DNA of 64,000 nucleotides from positions 32,001 through 96,000 of the forward strand of contig CAWBZI010000004.1 in the NCBI GenBank assembly GCA_963793265.1, read 5' to 3'. The notes below the pieces were generated by a model that did not search any database, was not told the origin of the DNA, and was given only the letters and a program-made list of their open reading frames with translations. Below, one piece after another: positions 60,803-64,000 of this stretch (within the stretch, counting starts at the first letter, position 1; the number at the start of each line of letters is the position of its first letter). This DNA comes from an uncultured cyanobacterium. GTDB lineage: Bacteria > Cyanobacteriota > Cyanobacteriia > Phormidesmidales > Phormidesmidaceae. A program made the translations under genes and the position numbers.

Positions 60803-62237
60803 ATGAGTACCTTTCTAAGTGTTGATACGGCTGCGGCTGAGCTTGGTATTAGCCCCCAGCGTGTGAGAACGCTGTGCCGAACCAATGAGTTGAAGGCCAA
60901 GAAAACAGGAAATTCGTGGCTGATAGAACCTCAAAGTCTCCATCGCTACGGATTGAAGACTGCTCACATTGTTGCTGAGAATCACGCTGCCTATCGCTAT
61001 ACGAAAACAGCACCAAGTCAGAGGCCGGTCGCATTAAGCTTTTTCTCTGGTGCGATGGGATTGGATTTGGGTGTAGAAAGGGCAGGCTTTGACGTCAGAT
61101 TAGCCTGCGAAGTTGATAAGTTTTGTAGGCAAACTATTGCGCTTAATAAGCCAGATACAGCTCTTTTAGGAGATATTAACGACTATCAACCTGAAGATAT
61201 TTTGCAGGCGGCTGGGCTAAGTGAGCGCGACGATATTGACTTAGTAATGGGCGGCCCACCCTGTCAAGCGTTTAGTACGGCGGGTAAGCGTAAAGGGTTT
61301 CATGATGATCGGGGTAATATTTTTTTGAAGTATGTGGATTTGGCGATTGCGCTTAATCCCAAGTTCATTGTTATTGAGAATGTTAGGGGTCTGTTGTCTT
61401 GCCCTATGACTCACCGCCCGCACGATCAAAGAGGAGAAGGGTTTCCTGACTTATCAGAAGATGAATTGAAAGGCGGGGCGCTCAATTTTGTTTTAAGTAA
61501 GCTGAAGCGAGCGAACTATGCTTACTCTTTTAATTTGTACAACGCGGCTAACTACGGGACACCGCAGATCCGCGAGAGAGTTGTAATCGTCTGCTCTAGG
61601 GATGGTGATCGTCCGCCTTTTATTCCACCTACGCACTCAGAACATGGTGATTTTGGTCTGCCTAAATGGAAAACGCTAAGGCAGACAATTTCGGATATAA
61701 CAGAGCATACTCATCTGAGTTTTCCTGAGAAGCGATTGAAATACTATAGGATGCTCAAACCTGGTCAGAATTGGAAGAACTTGCCAGAAGATTTACAAAA
61801 AGAGGCGATGGGAAAGTCTTATTATTCAGGCGGTGGAAAGACGGGATTTTTACGACGCTTGGCTTGGAACAGACCTTCTCCTACGCTTACTCACTCATCC
61901 GGCGATGCCTGCTACTGATTTGGCGCACCCTACCGAGAATCGTCCGCTTTCCATTCAAGAATATAAACGTATTCAAGAGTTTCCGCATAGCTGGCAGCTA
62001 GCGGGGCCGTTGGTTCAGCAGTATAAGCAGGTAGGTAATGCAGTCCCTTCTAGCTTTGGTTACGCAATTGGTAAGACGATTAAGGCTCTGATTGATTCGG
62101 AGGACATTCCTATTTTTGAGAATTTTAAGTATTCGAGATATAAGAAGACTTCTCAATTGCAGTGGGAGACTGAGTTTGGAAAGATAGTAGAGGCAAAGAG
62201 AAGTGAAGGTTCACAGACTGAGCTACTGCTGATTTGA
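60803..62237 (+). CDS. C5-cytosine DNA methyltransferase with N-terminal HTH, split by a +1 frameshift near 61887
   Basis: FFSGAMG (motif I), GGPPCQAFS (IV), IENVRG (VI), QIRER (VIII); YKRIQEFP and QQYKQVGNAV (IX/X) lie in the +1 frame; joined length about 477 aa. Confidence 0.9.
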
Positions 62238-62930
62238 TGTGCTTTTTTCTTGTCGTAGGTAGGCTTCTACGAAGGCTAAAAATGCCTGTTCTGACAGTCC
62301 ATATCCTTGTATGAGCGGAGGCAAATTGTCCCAGTTTGTCTGAGGCTTTTTAGAAAAGGAACGGAACCACTTTTGAATAGTAGTGCCTTGTCTGATAGCG
62401 CTACTTGAAGAATTTTCGGAATTGTCCCTATTTTTAATTTGCAGTGCTAGCCATTGGCCATCTGTATCGCGGCTGATGAAATCTATTGCTTTTACAAAGT
62501 CTCCGCAGCACCAATACCAGTGATTCGGTCGCAGCACTGAGTCTAAATATCTCTCTAGCAGAGCGCCAATACAGTTCTCTGCGCACATTGAATGCTGATG
62601 TTCTAGTTTTATTCTTTCACACTGTTCTACAGAGTAGTCACAAGCGGCTCTCATGACTATGCTGACTGCTTCGTCTGGGATTGTTCCTGGTGCTTTTGGA
62701 AAGTCTGAACGTTTATAGGCGCTGAAGTATTTGCTGGCTAGAAGGTTCAGCCCTTCTGGCGTATTAGTGCTAGGCCGGTTTTTTCTTGATCGCCAAGATA
62801 AGGCATTTGGGTTGTCGTATAAAAAATGGCAGACGTTAACAAAGGATTCAGCTAGACCTGCCTCGCTTTCAGTATCGGCAGTGAATGTAAGGGCAATCTG
62901 ATTTGCTAACTTTCGATTAAATGCTGCCAT
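62223..62930 (-). CDS. SinI-family type II restriction endonuclease
   Basis: HQHSMCAENCIGALLERYL, WYWCCG, KAIDF, LQIKNRDNSENSSSSAIR..T.IQKWFR; convergent with the MTase. Confidence 0.75.
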   Translation of the reverse strand: MAAFNRKLANQIALTFTADTESEAGLAESFVNVCHFLYDNPNALSWRSRKNRPSTNTPEGLNLLASKYFSAYKRSDFPKAPGTIPDEAVSIVMRAACDYSVEQCERIKLEHQHSMCAENCIGALLERYLDSVLRPNHWYWCCGDFVKAIDFISRDTDGQWLALQIKNRDNSENSSSSAIRQGTTIQKWFRSFSKKPQTNWDNLPPLIQGYGLSEQAFLAFVEAYLRQEKSTSNQQ

Positions 62931-62941
62931 TTTTGGAAGTC

Positions 62942-63297
62942 CTATGGCCGTGTGATTTCGACGGCGACGGTGCCGAGAAAGTCTGGAATAGGGGGGGTGG
63001 GTTTGGTAACTTTTACGTTGATTTTTGAATGCGATGGTCGCTGGCTAGGGCGTAGGTAGCGATCGCATCTGCTAAACTCTCAATCAGCTTATACTTTTCG
63101 GTTTCAATCAGCCTTGTTGTTTCTTGAACAATCTCAACGTAGCTATGCGTGTCTTCTAGCGCGTCGCTTTTGCCAGCGGCTGAGAGATCGATAGAAATTT
63201 TGAGATCGACGATGAACCACTGGCCGAGAACGTTTTCTTCTTTGAGGACGCCGAGGTAGCCGAAGGCTTTGATGCCGTTGATGTGGATGGTGTCCAT
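62942..63297 (-). CDS. folB: Dihydroneopterin aldolase with a one-base frameshift at 63022-63026
   Basis: MDTIHINGIKAFGYLGVL.EE..LGQ.F.VD, LIESLA; adding one A restores ...QKINVKVTKPTPPIPDFLGTVAVEITRP*. Confidence 0.9.
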
Positions 63298-63300
63298 GTT

Positions 63301-63999
63301 TTAAAGATCTCGGTGGGTGAAGGGTTTGGCGTTTTCGCCGGTGTAGGTTGCGACGGTTTGGCCGCTGCCGATGAGCTGGTATTTGTAGGTGACAAGACCT
63401 TCTAACCCAACGGGGCCACGTGGGGGCATTTTTTGGGTGCTGATGCCGACTTCTGCGCCGAAGCCGTAGCGGAAGCCGTCGGCGAAGCGGGTGGAGCAGT
63501 TGTGGTAAACGCCTGCGGCATCGACTTGGCTGATAAAGGTGTCAGCGGCGGTTTGATCGGTGGTGGCGATCGCCTCGGTATGCCGCGAGCCATACTCACT
63601 AATATGCTCAATGGCAGCTTCTAAAGACTCTACAACTCGAACGGCTAGAATCAAATCGCTATACTCTGTAGCCCAGTCTTCTTCTGCGGCCGCTTTGACA
63701 GTTGGAACGATCTGCTGGGTTTTCTTGTCGCCTCGTAGCTCTACGCCTTCGGCTTGCAAGGCTTTGGCGATGATAGGTAGCGCTCTACCAGCAATATCCT
63801 GATGGACTAGCAGTGTTTCGATGGCGTTGCAAGCGGAAGGATAGCCGACTTTGGCATCGACGGCGATAGGCGTTGCCTGTTCGATATCGGCGGCTTTATC
63901 TATATATAGGTGGCAGATGCCGTCGGCGTGGCCGAGTACGGGGATGCGGGTGTTGGCCTGGACGTATTGAACGAAGGCGTTGGAGCCGCGTGGAATGAT
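63301..63999 (-). CDS. proA: Gamma-glutamyl phosphate reductase, 3' part (runs off the window)
   Basis: [43 protein letters not shown]. Confidence 0.95.
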   Translation of the reverse strand: MIPRGSNAFVQYVQANTRIPVLGHADGICHLYIDKAADIEQATPIAVDAKVGYPSACNAIETLLVHQDIAGRALPIIAKALQAEGVELRGDKKTQQIVPTVKAAAEEDWATEYSDLILAVRVVESLEAAIEHISEYGSRHTEAIATTDQTAADTFISQVDAAGVYHNCSTRFADGFRYGFGAEVGISTQKMPPRGPVGLEGLVTYKYQLIGSGQTVATYTGENAKPFTHRDL

Positions 64000-64000
64000 C

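Larger units (their letters stand above)
2034..63573. repeat. Dispersed HIP1 octamers (GCGATCGC)
   Basis: Dozens of copies throughout the window, e.g. 2034, 2902, 49189, 49778, 50014, 60620, 63059. Confidence 0.95.

Noticed and set aside
60628..63058. HIP1-free stretch over the R-M genes as evidence of recent horizontal transfer
   Set aside because: A gap of similar size occurs in core genes (about 2910-5726), so it is not significant without statistics
1..64000. tRNA, rRNA, SRP RNA, CRISPR arrays, IS elements, prophage genes
   Set aside because: None recognised by eye in intergenic regions or ORFs; an Infernal/Rfam scan is needed to exclude divergent ncRNAs

Overview
Cyanobacterial chromosome segment, probably from a marine or benthic filamentous or PCC 7335-like lineage. 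The basis is abundant HIP1 GCGATCGC octamers, psaM, ftn2, an NtcA-type promoter and an NrtP-type nitrate operon. Most of the window is core genes: nirA-nrtP-narB, fmt, ftn2, pdhAB, secDF, nagB, narM, ubiX, rnr, phoU, psaM, ribBA, ctpB, panC-cmk, rlpA, purM, crtD, folB and a partial proA. There are three accessory elements. (1) A compact four-gene fatty-acid tailoring cluster at 48303-55768: FAAL-ACP, cytochrome P450, a TauD/SyrP-like dioxygenase, and an AT-less KS-ACP-TE whose KS lacks a catalytic His. (2) A SinI-family type II restriction-modification pair at 60803-62930; its expected site GGWCC was not found anywhere in the window on a manual scan. (3) A short hicB-hicA toxin-antitoxin pair. 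Three clear and one probable single-base frameshifts, one of them in folB, suggest residual long-read indel errors, so split genes should be treated cautiously. No tRNA, rRNA, CRISPR array or IS element was recognised. All calls are from motif recognition by eye; no database searches were run.
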